A stretch of DNA of 64,000 nt from Candidatus Limnocylindrales bacterium (GCA_035764655.1 DASTYU010000043.1:4489-68488); one strand, 5' to 3'. Positions 9,568 to 19,440 are shown, numbered from the stretch's first letter. Numbers and translations: made by a program. Notes: a model not told the origin generated them from the letters alone.

Positions 9568-10497
9568 ATGCTCGAGATCAATGACCTCGCCAAACGCTAC
9601 GGGAACGTCGTGGCCCTCGACGGTGCGACGTTCAGCGCACGCCCCGGGCGCATCGTTGGGTTCCTCGGCCCGAACGGGGCCGGCAAGACGACAGCCATGC
9701 GTTGCATCTTCGGCCTCGCGCGACCCGACCGCGGCGAAGTTCGCTGGAAGGGCGCGGCGATCGACCGGAAGACCCGCTTGCGCTTCGGTTACATGCCCGA
9801 ACAGCGCGGCCTGTACCCGCGCATGCGGGTCGGCGAGCAGCTGAGCTATTTCGGCCAGCAGCACGGGCTGTCTGGCAAGCAGGCGGAGGCAGCAGGTCGG
9901 CGCTGGCTCGAGCGACTCGGTCTCGCCGATCGGGAGAAGTCCAAGCTCGAAGAGCTGTCCCACGGCAACCAGCAGCGCATCCAGCTTGCGACGGCGCTCG
10001 TCCACGATCCAGAGCTGGTTGTCCTCGATGAGCCATTCTCCGGCCTCGACCCGCTGGGCACGGCGACGATGACCGAGGTCGTCCGCGAAGAGGCAGCCAA
10101 GGGCGTTGGGGTCGTCTTCTCGAGCCATCAGCTCGACCTGGTCGAGGACGTCTGCGAGGACGTCGTAATCATCGCCCGTGGCCGGATCGTCGCGGCGGGG
10201 CCGATCGACGAGCTCAAGGCGTCGTCGGGGCGGCGCCATCTCGACATCGAGGTGGCCGGGACCGACGGGGCGTGGATCGGCAGCCTGCCCGACGTGCAGG
10301 TGCTCGAGCACAGCGGGGGCAGGATGCGCCTCCTGGTGGACGACAGCGTGCCCCTCGACGCGCTGCTGGCTGCCGCTCGGAGCGCCGGCGAGCTGCGCCA
10401 GTTCAGCTATCAGCCACCGCGCCTGTCGGAGCTGTTCATGGAGGCGGTCGCCGAACCGGTGACGGAGCCGGCCGAACCGGCCGGGGTTCACCGATGA
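9568..10497 (+). CDS. ABC transporter ATP-binding protein (ABC-2 type)
   Basis: Walker A GPNGAGKTT, signature LSHGNQQR, Walker B LVVLDEPFSGLD. Start taken at MLEINDL (codon 13 of the ORF). Confidence 0.9.
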   Translation: MLEINDLAKRYGNVVALDGATFSARPGRIVGFLGPNGAGKTTAMRCIFGLARPDRGEVRWKGAAIDRKTRLRFGYMPEQRGLYPRMRVGEQLSYFGQQHGLSGKQAEAAGRRWLERLGLADREKSKLEELSHGNQQRIQLATALVHDPELVVLDEPFSGLDPLGTATMTEVVREEAAKGVGVVFSSHQLDLVEDVCEDVVIIARGRIVAAGPIDELKASSGRRHLDIEVAGTDGAWIGSLPDVQVLEHSGGRMRLLVDDSVPLDALLAAARSAGELRQFSYQPPRLSELFMEAVAEPVTEPAEPAGVHR

Positions 10498-11690
10498 GCC
10501 GTGCCCGAAGCATCTGGCTCGTGGCCCGTCGGGAGCTGCTCGAACGCGGCCGCAGCCGCGGGTTCATCTTCTCGGTCCTGTTCACGACCACGATCATCAT
10601 CGGATCGTTCGTCGTGCCAGTCCTGGTCTTCGGGGACGAAGGCCCGACCCGTGTGGGCGTCGTCGAGCCGGCTTCGGACCGGCTCGAGTCCGCGATCGCC
10701 ACGACCGCGGCGGCACTGGACCAGGACATCGCCCTCGTCCGGTTCGCCGACCGCGAGGCCGGCGAAACGGCACTGCTCGACGACCAGGTCGCCGCGCTGC
10801 TGATCGTGCCCGAGGATCTGTCGACGCCGGGTGAGCTTGCGTTCCGCGAGTCGCCCGATCCGACGATCCAGGGTGTGGTCGGCAGCGCCGTCGCCGGGCT
10901 CCGCGTGAACGCAGCCCTCGAGGCCGAAGGCGTCGACCCCACGGCGTTCGTCGAGGCCCAGACGCCGCCCACCGTCCGCGCCCTCGAGCCACCCGAGGAG
11001 GGCGCCGACGCCCGCTTCCTCATTGCCAACATCGGCGCGGTGCTCATCCTCGTCGGTGTCTTCTCGTTCGGATTCACCGTGCTCACGGGCGTGGTCGAGG
11101 AGAAGCAGAGCCGGGTGATGGAAGTCGTCCTGTCGACCGTCCTGCCGCGTGACCTGCTCATGGGCAAGGTCCTCGGGATCGGGATCCTCGGGCTGGTCCA
11201 GCTGGCGGTGTTCGTCGTCGCGGGGTTCATCGCCGCATCGTTGACGCAGGAATTCGAGCTGCCCGCGACGACGCCCGGCGCGGCCGTCCAGCTCGTGGTG
11301 TGGTTCATCCTCGGCTACACCCTGTACTCGACCGCGCTTGGCGTGCTCGGGGCGCTCGCCTCGCGGATGGAGGAGGCGTCAAATGCGTCGACGCCGGTGA
11401 CGATCGTCGCCATGCTGTCCTACTTCGTGGCGATCTTCGCGGTGATCAACGACCCGAGTGGCCCGATCGCGATCGCGGCCTCGTTCATTCCGTTTTCGGC
11501 GCCCATGGTCGTGCCGATGCGCGCCGCGCTCGGCGCGATCACACCCGTCGAGATCCTCGTGGCGGCGCTGATCACCATCGCGGCGATCTGGGTCCTGTTC
11601 GTCGTCGGTGGACGGGTCTACTCGGGGGCCGCCCTGCAGACGGCGGGCCGCATCCGCCTGCGCGACGCCTGGCGGTCGGCCGGGCAGTAA
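10494..11690 (+). CDS. ABC-2 family transporter permease
   Basis: ATGA start/stop overlap with the ATPase gene. N-terminal TM helix, a large extracytoplasmic loop, then C-terminal multi-TM ABC-2 membrane domain. Confidence 0.8.
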   Translation: MSRARSIWLVARRELLERGRSRGFIFSVLFTTTIIIGSFVVPVLVFGDEGPTRVGVVEPASDRLESAIATTAAALDQDIALVRFADREAGETALLDDQVAALLIVPEDLSTPGELAFRESPDPTIQGVVGSAVAGLRVNAALEAEGVDPTAFVEAQTPPTVRALEPPEEGADARFLIANIGAVLILVGVFSFGFTVLTGVVEEKQSRVMEVVLSTVLPRDLLMGKVLGIGILGLVQLAVFVVAGFIAASLTQEFELPATTPGAAVQLVVWFILGYTLYSTALGVLGALASRMEEASNASTPVTIVAMLSYFVAIFAVINDPSGPIAIAASFIPFSAPMVVPMRAALGAITPVEILVAALITIAAIWVLFVVGGRVYSGAALQTAGRIRLRDAWRSAGQ

Positions 11691-11732
11691 GCCGAAGCCC
11701 GGCCAGACCGGTGCTACGCTCGGCGGGCTGCG

Positions 11733-13175
11733 ATGGCCCACGATGCCGACCTGACCCGGCGCCGATTCCTGCTCGCCTCGCTGGCGGCGGCCCTCGCGGC
11801 GTGCGCTGATCGCATCGATCCGACGCCGCGGCCGAGCCCAACATCATCCGCAACGGCCGTGGCCCCGGCGCCGACTCGCTCGCCGGCGGCACCCAGCGAG
11901 GTCGCCGCAGTGCCGTCGCCGACAGCGACGCCACCATCCTCGTCGGCTCCCGTTCCAACCCCCGACCCGCCGGCAATCCGCCGGCTGTACCGCGACGGCG
12001 CGCTCGCAGACGGCCGATCCGACCGGCTTGAGCTGGGCGTGAGCATCTACGTCGAAGACGGCGTCATTCGCTGGATCCGGCCGTCCGACGGTGAGGAGGA
12101 TCCGGGACCGCGGCGCGGGCTCGAGCTGATCGACGCCAGCGGGGCGACCTTCGTGCCGGGCATGGTCGACGCCCACAGCCATCTCACGATGCCGGGCGGG
12201 GCGCACTGGATCGAGCGCGGGCTGGACAACCCCGCTGCGGCGCTGCGGGTCGCGGAACGCAACGCGCGCCTGCTGACCTCGGCCGGGGTGCGCTGGGCAC
12301 GCGATGTCGGCGCGCCGCGCGGCGTCGACCCGGAGGATGGCCGCGAACGGGCGCTCAGCCTCGGCATCCGCGATCGCTGGGCCGAAGGGGGTCACCGCCA
12401 GTTCCCGCACATCCGGGCGGCCGGCACGTGGCTGACCCGGACCGGCAGCCTGCCCGCCGGGCTGGCGATCGAGGCTGGGAATGCCGACGCGCTGCTCGCG
12501 GCCGCCGAGCGCCAGCTCGAGGAGGGCGCCGACCTGGTCAAGCTCTACCTCGACGGGCCCGATGCCGCGACCGCCCCGTGGTCGGCCGCCGAGGTCCGGC
12601 GCGTCGTCCGGATGGCGCACGACCGGGATGCGCGCGTCACCGCTCATGCCGGCCGCCTGGCCGGAGCCCGTGCCGCGGTCGCGGGCGGCGTCGACGCGAT
12701 CGAGCACGGCCATGAGCTCGATGCCGACCTGGCCGCGGACATGGCCCGCCGAGGGACGTTCCTCGTCTCGACGCTGGCCGTCTTCCGCTCCTGGCTGACG
12801 TTCGGGCGGACGACGCGGCTCGGCACGTTCCGCGGCGACGGAGCGTCCGCGATCCGCGGCCGGCTCGAGGCGGCCGAACGGAGCATTGCCATCGCGGCGC
12901 GGGCCGGTGTGCCGATCGCCGCGGGGACGGACTTCGGCGGCGGTTCCCTGCGGGCCAACCAGCTCGCCTGGGAGGTCGAGGCCCTGGTCGCCGCGGGGCT
13001 GGAGCCATTCGAGGCACTGGCTGCCGCGACGCGCACCGGGGGTGCGCTGCTCGGCGAGCGGGACGCCGGCGTGATCCGCGAGGGCGGCCCCGCCGACTTC
13101 TTTCTCGTCCACGGCGATCCGCTCCAGAACCCGCGCGTGCTGTGGCGCGTCTGGCGGGTCGACTGGGCCGACTGA
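11733..13175 (+). CDS. Amidohydrolase-family metal-dependent hydrolase with Tat signal and lipobox
   Basis: RRRFLLASLAAALAAC Tat/lipoprotein signal; DAHSHL metal-binding motif; amidohydrolase fold motifs (GxxDxHxH, AAGTDFGG). Confidence 0.8.
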   Translation: MAHDADLTRRRFLLASLAAALAACADRIDPTPRPSPTSSATAVAPAPTRSPAAPSEVAAVPSPTATPPSSSAPVPTPDPPAIRRLYRDGALADGRSDRLELGVSIYVEDGVIRWIRPSDGEEDPGPRRGLELIDASGATFVPGMVDAHSHLTMPGGAHWIERGLDNPAAALRVAERNARLLTSAGVRWARDVGAPRGVDPEDGRERALSLGIRDRWAEGGHRQFPHIRAAGTWLTRTGSLPAGLAIEAGNADALLAAAERQLEEGADLVKLYLDGPDAATAPWSAAEVRRVVRMAHDRDARVTAHAGRLAGARAAVAGGVDAIEHGHELDADLAADMARRGTFLVSTLAVFRSWLTFGRTTRLGTFRGDGASAIRGRLEAAERSIAIAARAGVPIAAGTDFGGGSLRANQLAWEVEALVAAGLEPFEALAAATRTGGALLGERDAGVIREGGPADFFLVHGDPLQNPRVLWRVWRVDWAD

Positions 13176-13211
13176 GGCTGCCGACCTACACTCCGAGGCT
13201 GGAGGTGTTCC

Positions 13212-13589
13212 GTGCCCAAGAGCGTGCCTGCCATCCCCGGGATGGAACCCGGGCGACTCCCCTTCTCCCCGGTCGTGGAGGCCAACGGCCTCGTGTTCCT
13301 CGCGGGGCAGGTCGGTGCGCCGCCGGGCGGGGACGTCGTCGAGGGCGGCATCGCGGCGGAGACGCGCCAGGTGCTCGACAACGTGGGCGCGCTGCTCGAG
13401 GCGGTCGGACTGGGCTACCGCGACGTGGTTCGCTGCACGGTCTTCCTGGTCGACATGGCCGACTTCGGCGCGATGAACGAGGTCTACCGCGAGTACTTCC
13501 CGACCGACATGCCGGTTCGGGCCACCGTGGGCGTGAGCGCGCTCGCCGGCCCGTTCCGGATCGAGGTCGACGTCACGGCGGCGCGCTAG
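13212..13589 (+). CDS. RidA/YjgF/TdcF family reactive-intermediate deaminase
   Basis: 125 aa with the family pattern ...AGQVG...ETRQVLDNVGALLEAVG...VVRCTVFLVDMADFGAMNEVY...PARATV. GTG start after GGAGGTG. Confidence 0.85.
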   Translation: MPKSVPAIPGMEPGRLPFSPVVEANGLVFLAGQVGAPPGGDVVEGGIAAETRQVLDNVGALLEAVGLGYRDVVRCTVFLVDMADFGAMNEVYREYFPTDMPVRATVGVSALAGPFRIEVDVTAAR

Positions 13590-13596
13590 CCGACGC

Positions 13597-14502
13597 TCAC
13601 TTCCAGACGAGGAACTCGTCGATCGCGACGACCGGCCGCCCGCGCGTCCCGACCACCTTGATCGTCAGGGCGTGCGCGCCGGATTGGGCAAAGGCCTTCG
13701 TGTAGATCCTGTTGGTCGGGTCGAATCGACGTGCGTACAAGTCGACGGTCTTCACGTACAGACCGTCGATGTACAGCCTCGCCTTGCCACGCGTCGGTCC
13801 CTTTGGCGCGTTCCAGGCGACCTGGCGGCCGGTGAACCGGAATGTGGCGGTGGCACCCTCGCGCTTCGCCTGGCGGACGGCATCCCCGCGGTATGACGGG
13901 TGCCGGGCACGGTTCCAGCTGCCGGAATAGGCGACCAGCGAGCTCCGCTCCGAGTAGCGGCGCACGCCGTGCGTGCTCGAAAGCTTGTCGATCTTCGTGC
14001 GCTTGTAGATGGCCATGACGTTCTTCACGTATCGCTTCGAGAACGTGCTCCAGTCGGACGTGTTGGACTTGCCGGTCAGCCACCAGTAGGCGACCCGGCG
14101 CCAGCTCCCGAGCCAGTGATACAGGCCGTGGACCTTGCCCCGCGCCACGTATTCCTGTTTCCGCGGCGTCTGCTTGACGCGCGACGTGCCGACGTACTTC
14201 TTGGCCCATGGCTTCCAGTTCATCGGCATGATCTGGTACCTGCCGTACGCCCCCGACGTCTTGTTGCGCGCGGTGTACTTGCCGCCGGACTCGACCTGGC
14301 TGAGCGCGTACAGGAAGCGATCGATGTCCGGAGCATGCGCGTTGGTGCGGGCAGGTCCCTGGAATGAGGTAACCAGGAGCGCCGCGACGAGGGCGACGAT
14401 GGCCACGACACGGCGACCGCTGCGGTGTGGCAATGCGGCTCCTCCCTTCCTCCGGGCGCTGACTCGCGCCGGTGGTGGATCTGGGCCGCGTTCGGGGCAC
14501 AC
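13597..14502 (-). CDS. Secreted lysozyme-like / lytic-transglycosylase-like domain protein with a C-terminal beta-rich domain; compositionally atypical (lower GC; K/Y/W/N-rich)
   Basis: Signal/TM segment RRVVAIVALVAALLV; SQVESGGKYTARNKTSGAYGRYQIMPMNW resembles the E-S...G-x-Y-Q catalytic region of SLT-like domains. Local GC is visibly lower (about 55-60%) than the flanks (about 72%). True start may be an internal GTG. Confidence 0.6.
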   Translation of the reverse strand: MCPERGPDPPPARVSARRKGGAALPHRSGRRVVAIVALVAALLVTSFQGPARTNAHAPDIDRFLYALSQVESGGKYTARNKTSGAYGRYQIMPMNWKPWAKKYVGTSRVKQTPRKQEYVARGKVHGLYHWLGSWRRVAYWWLTGKSNTSDWSTFSKRYVKNVMAIYKRTKIDKLSSTHGVRRYSERSSLVAYSGSWNRARHPSYRGDAVRQAKREGATATFRFTGRQVAWNAPKGPTRGKARLYIDGLYVKTVDLYARRFDPTNRIYTKAFAQSGAHALTIKVVGTRGRPVVAIDEFLVWK

Positions 14503-14582
14503 GAGCGCGTGGCTTCAGGGAGCCGGAAGGATAGCGACCGATCCGCCACCCGGCAAGTGGGCGCGCCAAGGATGCGCGAGGG

Positions 14583-15194
14583 CTAGCCGGCTCCGGGCAC
14601 GGCCGCCAGGAAGGCGGCGACCCGGTCGAGCGCTTCGTCGAGCACGGGCCTGAGCGTGTGTCCGAGCTTCGGCCAGGTCACCAGCTCCGCGTTTGGCAGG
14701 AGGCCGACAGCGTTGCGCAGCAGGTCGATCTTCGCGAACGGATCCGATTCGCCCGACAGCAGCAGCACCGGGCATGCGATGTGCGGCCAGTGCTCGGTCC
14801 GGGCGATCGCACGTTCGGGCGCACCCGGCGGGTGGAGGGGATAACTGAACAGGACCAGCGCGGCGTATGGAGCGTCCGCCTCCGCAGCCGCGAGGCTGGC
14901 CACGCGGCCGCCGTACGAGTGTCCGCCGACGACCACGCCGGGTTCGCGCGGGACGATGCGATGGAACGCCGGCACGGCCTCTTCCGCCTTGCGCTTCGGG
15001 AGGTCGATCGCGGTCGCGCCGAGGCCGCGCTGCGCGAGCCCGCGCACGAACGGCGCCATCGACGCGGACGTCCCGCTCGCGCCGTGACCGAGGAAGATCC
15101 GGAGGGGCACGCCACGAGCGTAACGGGTCCCGCGGTTTCGCCGTTGGACGGCCGGCGGCGCGACGGGTGGTGAGTCACTGCTGACACATTCCAC
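14583..15194 (-). CDS. Alpha/beta hydrolase (KANL3/dienelactone-hydrolase-like fold)
   Basis: RIFLGHGASG...GGHSYGGRVASL nucleophile elbow...LLLSGESDPF...LGHTL. Start uncertain (GTG candidates at 15194 or 15110); ORF-track M1 at 15338 gives an implausible Cys-rich leader. Confidence 0.6.
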   Translation of the reverse strand: MECVSSDSPPVAPPAVQRRNRGTRYARGVPLRIFLGHGASGTSASMAPFVRGLAQRGLGATAIDLPKRKAEEAVPAFHRIVPREPGVVVGGHSYGGRVASLAAAEADAPYAALVLFSYPLHPPGAPERAIARTEHWPHIACPVLLLSGESDPFAKIDLLRNAVGLLPNAELVTWPKLGHTLRPVLDEALDRVAAFLAAVPGAG

Positions 15195-15319
15195 GCATGA
15201 ACCGGCGTGGCAGCCGCGCGATTCCGACAATCTCGGTCCGAATCGCAGGTCGGCCACGCTCGGCTGTTGTCGGATTGTGTCGACGGTGAGACAGCGCCAA
15301 ACCGCTGCACAGCTGGGGC

Positions 15320-15338
15320 GTGACACGCTAGCTGTCAC
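15320..15338. promoter_or_regulatory. Near-perfect palindrome GTGACA-N7-TGTCAC (central GCTAGC) in a divergent intergenic region
   Basis: gtgacacgctagctgtcac about 55 bp upstream of the zinc-ribbon gene start and about 140 bp from the alpha/beta hydrolase start; an operator-like site. Confidence 0.35.
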
Positions 15339-15390
15339 AGGGCGGTCCCAGGCTGCGCGCCATCAGACCCGTATCCGAGGGACCGAACCG

Positions 15391-15534
15391 ATGATCACCA
15401 CCGACTGCCCCTGGTGCGACCAGCCCGTCGAGCTGGACCTCGTCACCTCGAACGAGCTCACCTGCGACCGCTGCCAGGTCCGGGTCGAGATCGCCGCGGA
15501 CCCGGCCCCGCGCGCGGTCGCCGCCGCCGCCTGA
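15391..15534 (+). CDS. Small zinc-ribbon protein (LysW-like C-x2-C...C-x2-C topology), 47 aa
   Basis: Internal ATG with GAGGGA RBS 9 nt upstream; MITTDCPWCDQPVELDL...LTCDRCQVRVEI. Confidence 0.45.
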   Translation: MITTDCPWCDQPVELDLVTSNELTCDRCQVRVEIAADPAPRAVAAAA

Positions 15535-15571
15535 GCGGAGTGGCTCCTCGGAGGACTGCCGGTCGCCTACG

Positions 15572-16213
15572 ATGCGGTCGATGGACCGGTCGACGGCGGC
15601 AAAGGCAATCGTCCGAGCTGGCGCGCGCCTCGGCCGGCGTGGCCTGATCGCGGCTGCCGAGGGCAACCTGTCAGCCCGACTCGACGACGGATCGATCCTC
15701 GTGACCCCGTCGGGCTTCCGAAAGGACGAGCTCGAGCCCGGCCACCTCGTGGTCGTGGATCCCGCCGGGGCCGTGGGGGCGACGCGAGTCGGTCTGACGC
15801 CAACGTCCGACCTGGCGATCCACCGCGCTGTGTACGCGGCGCGCAACGACGTTCGCGCGGTGGCCCACGCGCACGTGCCGGCGTCCATGGGTCTGACGCT
15901 GGCGGGCGAGCGGCCCGAAGCGACGGCGCTGCCCGAGACCGCCGCACTCCTGAAGCACCTGCCCTTCGTGGCCTACGGCGAGATGGGCAGCGAAGAGCTC
16001 GCCGGCCGGGTCGCAGCGGCGTTCACCGACGATGTCGCGGGTCTTCCGGTGGCGGTCCTCCTCGAACGGCACGGTGCGGTGGCGGTGGGTGACGCCCCGG
16101 ACACGGCCGTCGACCGTCTCGAGCTCGTCGAGGTGCTGTGCCGGGCGTGGCGCGACGCCCTCCTCGTTCGGGCCGCGAGGTCACTCCTCGCAAACGCCCC
16201 ACCGAGGGACTGA
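15572..16213 (+). CDS. Class II aldolase/adducin family protein (L-fuculose-phosphate aldolase / MTRu-1-P dehydratase-like)
   Basis: EGNLSAR...ILVTPSG...AHAHVPASM...VLLERHGAVAVG motifs. Confidence 0.8.
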   Translation: MRSMDRSTAAKAIVRAGARLGRRGLIAAAEGNLSARLDDGSILVTPSGFRKDELEPGHLVVVDPAGAVGATRVGLTPTSDLAIHRAVYAARNDVRAVAHAHVPASMGLTLAGERPEATALPETAALLKHLPFVAYGEMGSEELAGRVAAAFTDDVAGLPVAVLLERHGAVAVGDAPDTAVDRLELVEVLCRAWRDALLVRAARSLLANAPPRD

Positions 16214-16220
16214 CGACCAG

Positions 16221-17327
16221 TCAGTCAGCGACCGGCGATTCTCCTCGCGTGTCGGCGGTCCCGGGCGTGGGCGGCCGGACGACCGGCGCGACCTCGATGG
16301 GCGGGAGCCGCCGGCCGCCTTCCGCCAGCCAGCAAGCCGTTGCCTGGCCGTTGCCGACGTCGATGAGCGGCGGCTCTTCGACACGGCATCGGTCGAACGC
16401 ACTCGGGCAGCGCGGGTTGAACCGGCAACCGGTCGGGACGTGCGCGGCGTCGGGCGTCTCGCCGACGAGGATCGTGCGCCGTGCCCGCTCCCCCGGTGTC
16501 GGTGGTTCGGGCGTCGGCGAGACCGACACGAGCGCACGGGTGTAGGGGTTCTGCGGACTGCGGATCACCTGCTCGGCCGGCCCGATCTCCATGATCTTCC
16601 CGAGGTACATCACGGCGATGCGGTCGGCGATCACCCATGCCAGCGACAGGTCGTGGGTGATGAACAGGTAGGTCAGCCCGCGGGCCTCACGGAGGTCCAG
16701 CATGAGCCGCAGGAGCTCGGTGCGGATCGACACGTCGAGCATCGATACGGGCTCGTCGGCGACGATGATGTCCGGATCGAGCACGAGCGCCCCGGCAATC
16801 ACCACGCGCTGGCGCTGGCCGCCCGAAAGCTCGTGGGGGTAGCGCGCCGCGAAGTCGGCTGCCGGCCGGAGTCCGGCCGCGTCGAGCGCGTCCACCACGC
16901 GCCGTTCACGTTCCTGGGCGGTCCCGATCCCGTTGACGCGCAGCGGCTCGATGACGAACTCCCGGATCGTGTGCTTCGGGTTGAGCGTCTCGTATGGGTC
17001 CTGGAAGATCAACTGGACGCGCCGCCGATAGTCGCGCAGCGCGCGCGTTCCCCACAGGGACGTGACGTCCCTGCCGTCGAGCAGTACCTTTCCGGTGGTC
17101 TGGCGGGTGAGCTTGACCACCACCCGTCCCGTGGTCGTCTTGCCGCTCCCCGACTCGCCGACCAGCGCGAGCACCTCGCCCCGGTGCAGTGTCAGGTCGA
17201 TGCCGTCGACCGCACGGACGACGCCCCGCGTTCGCCGTGCAAGCGTGTCTGCATAGCCTCCACGGATCGGGAAATGCACCCGGAGGTCTTCGAGGCGCAG
17301 GACCTCGTCGCGTGCGCCGTCCGTCAT
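16221..17327 (-). CDS. Peptide ABC transporter ATP-binding protein (DppF/OppF-like)
   Basis: Walker A GESGSGKTT, signature LSGGQRQR, C-terminal oligopeptide-ABC TOBE-like domain. ATGA overlap with the upstream ATPase gene. Confidence 0.9.
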   Translation of the reverse strand: MTDGARDEVLRLEDLRVHFPIRGGYADTLARRTRGVVRAVDGIDLTLHRGEVLALVGESGSGKTTTGRVVVKLTRQTTGKVLLDGRDVTSLWGTRALRDYRRRVQLIFQDPYETLNPKHTIREFVIEPLRVNGIGTAQERERRVVDALDAAGLRPAADFAARYPHELSGGQRQRVVIAGALVLDPDIIVADEPVSMLDVSIRTELLRLMLDLREARGLTYLFITHDLSLAWVIADRIAVMYLGKIMEIGPAEQVIRSPQNPYTRALVSVSPTPEPPTPGERARRTILVGETPDAAHVPTGCRFNPRCPSAFDRCRVEEPPLIDVGNGQATACWLAEGGRRLPPIEVAPVVRPPTPGTADTRGESPVAD

Positions 17328-18493
17328 CCCTCGAGCACCTCGATCGGTGGCACGTCCAGGGGCGCGCCGACGAGCGCCTGGGACGGCCCGATCGCATCGG
17401 CCGGGGCCACGGTCACCGGCGTTCCGTCGCTCTCGGGCCCATAGAGATGGCAGGCGACGCGCACGTCGTCGAACCTTGTCTCGGGCGGCACGACCTCGGT
17501 GCACACCGCCATGGCGAACGCGCAGCGCGGAGCGAACCGGCAACCCGGTGGCGGGTGGCGCAGGTCAGGCGGCATGCCGGGGATGACGTCCAGCGTCCGC
17601 CGGTCGGCGTGGATGTTCGGGAACGCCGAGAGCAGTTTCTGGGTGTACGGGTGGCGCGGGCGCCGGAAGACCTCGTGGACGGGGCCTTCCTCGGCCACGC
17701 GCCCGGCATACATGATCAGGACCCGGTCGCACGTCTCGGCGATGACCGACAGGTCGTGCGTGATGAGGATGAGCGACAGCCCGAGCTTGTGGCGCAGGTC
17801 CTCCAGGAGCTCCAGGATCTGCGCCTGGACCATCACGTCGAGGGCGGTCGTCGGCTCGTCGCCGATGACGATTGCCGGATCGCAGGCGAGGGCCATCGCG
17901 ATCATCGCCCGCTGGCGCATCCCGCCCGACAGCTCGTGCGGGTACGCGGAGCCCCGCTTACGCGGGATGCCGACGAGCTCGAGCAGGTCGCCGGCCCGCT
18001 TGCGGGCTTCCTTCTCCGAGACGCTGAGGCGCTCCATCAGCGGCTCCGCGATCTGGTCGTGCAGCCGGTGGACCGGGTTCAGGGCGTTCATCGCGCCCTG
18101 GAACACGATCGAGATCTCCCGCCAGCGGTAGCGCCGCAGGGCGTTGTCGTTCTTCGGAACGAGGTCGATCCCGTACAGCTTCACGCTGCCCGCGACGATG
18201 CGGGCGTTTGCCGGGAGCAGTCGGATCAGCGACAGCGCGGTCGTCGTCTTGCCGCACCCGGACTCGCCGGCGATCCCGAGCGCCTCGCCGGCATCGAGCC
18301 GGAACGACACGCCGTCGACGGCGCGGACGGTGCCGCTCTCCAAGCGGAAGTGGGTCTTGAGGTCCTCGACCTCGAGCAGCGGCGCGGCCGGGTCGGCCAG
18401 CTTCGGGAGCGGCCGGTGACGGCGCTCCGCGGCCGTGGTGACATGAGCGCCCGCCGCAGCGGCTTCGTTCGCGGGCTCCAGCTCGGCGGTCAT
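17324..18493 (-). CDS. Peptide ABC transporter ATP-binding protein (DppD/OppD-like)
   Basis: GESGCGKTT, LSGGMRQR, PYTQKLL C-terminal domain. Start taken at MTAELEP (codon 56). Confidence 0.9.
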   Translation of the reverse strand: MTAELEPANEAAAAGAHVTTAAERRHRPLPKLADPAAPLLEVEDLKTHFRLESGTVRAVDGVSFRLDAGEALGIAGESGCGKTTTALSLIRLLPANARIVAGSVKLYGIDLVPKNDNALRRYRWREISIVFQGAMNALNPVHRLHDQIAEPLMERLSVSEKEARKRAGDLLELVGIPRKRGSAYPHELSGGMRQRAMIAMALACDPAIVIGDEPTTALDVMVQAQILELLEDLRHKLGLSLILITHDLSVIAETCDRVLIMYAGRVAEEGPVHEVFRRPRHPYTQKLLSAFPNIHADRRTLDVIPGMPPDLRHPPPGCRFAPRCAFAMAVCTEVVPPETRFDDVRVACHLYGPESDGTPVTVAPADAIGPSQALVGAPLDVPPIEVLEG

Positions 18494-19440
18494 TGGCGCG
18501 CCCGCCGGCGGGGGTTGAGCATCTCGTCGAGCGCGCTGCCCAGCAGGGTGAACGCGAAGACGACGAGGACGATGCAGGCCCCGGGTGGGACGAAGTACCA
18601 CCACGCCCCGAGGCTCGGCGCCCCGATCTCGCGACTCGATTCGAGGATCTGGCCCCACGATGGCTGGAGCGGGTCACCGAGCCCGATGAACGACAGCGTC
18701 GTCTCGGTCAGCACCGCGCCTGCGAAGACGAGCACGGCGTTGGCCACGATGAGGTTCACGACGTTGGGCAGGATGTGGCGGTTCATGATGTGACCGCCGC
18801 CTGCCCCGATGACGCGCGCCCGGTCGACGAACGCCCGCTCCTTGAGCGAGAGCGTCTGCGAGCGGATGATCCGCGCCGTCGACGCCCAGCTCGTGATGCC
18901 GATGACGATGATGATCACGATCAGCGTCATCCGGATGCCGAGGATCTCGCGCGACGCCGAGCCGATCATGTCGCGAATGATCGACGTGAGGATGATCGCG
19001 AGCACGAACGTCGGGATCACCAGGAAGAAGTCGGTGATCCGCATCAGCACGCCGTCGGTCCGCCCGCCGATGAAGCCGCTCACGACGCCCACGATGACGC
19101 CGATGACGACCGTGATGACCGTTGCGAGCAATCCGATCACCATCGACACCCGCGCCCCGTGGACGGTCAGGTTGAGCATGTCCCGTCGAAGCTCGTCGGT
19201 GCCGAGCGGGAACTGGAAGGACGGCGGGGCCAGCCGCGGGTAACCGTTCTCGAGGCCGGTGACCGGGGTCTGCAGCGGACCGACGAGCAGGTCCGGCACC
19301 AGGGCGATGACCCCGAAGAAGACCAGGATGCACAACCCGGCGAATCCGTCGGGCCGGCGGAGCAGCTGGCGGACGAGGCCACCGAGGCGCATGGCGCGCC
19401 CCGACCCGGTCCGCCGGACGATCGGCAGCTCGGAGACGGT
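18490..19440 (-). CDS. Peptide ABC transporter permease (DppC/OppC-like)
   Basis: BPD_transp_1 signature in the TM region; GTG start overlapping the DppB stop. The upstream 200 codons of the ORF-track entry are antisense/overlap artefact. Confidence 0.8.
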   Translation of the reverse strand, partial: TVSELPIVRRTGSGRAMRLGGLVRQLLRRPDGFAGLCILVFFGVIALVPDLLVGPLQTPVTGLENGYPRLAPPSFQFPLGTDELRRDMLNLTVHGARVSMVIGLLATVITVVIGVIVGVVSGFIGGRTDGVLMRITDFFLVIPTFVLAIILTSIIRDMIGSASREILGIRMTLIVIIIVIGITSWASTARIIRSQTLSLKERAFVDRARVIGAGGGHIMNRHILPNVVNLIVANAVLVFAGAVLTETTLSFIGLGDPLQPSWGQILESSREIGAPSLGAWWYFVPPGACIVLVVFAFTLLGSALDEMLNPRRRARQ

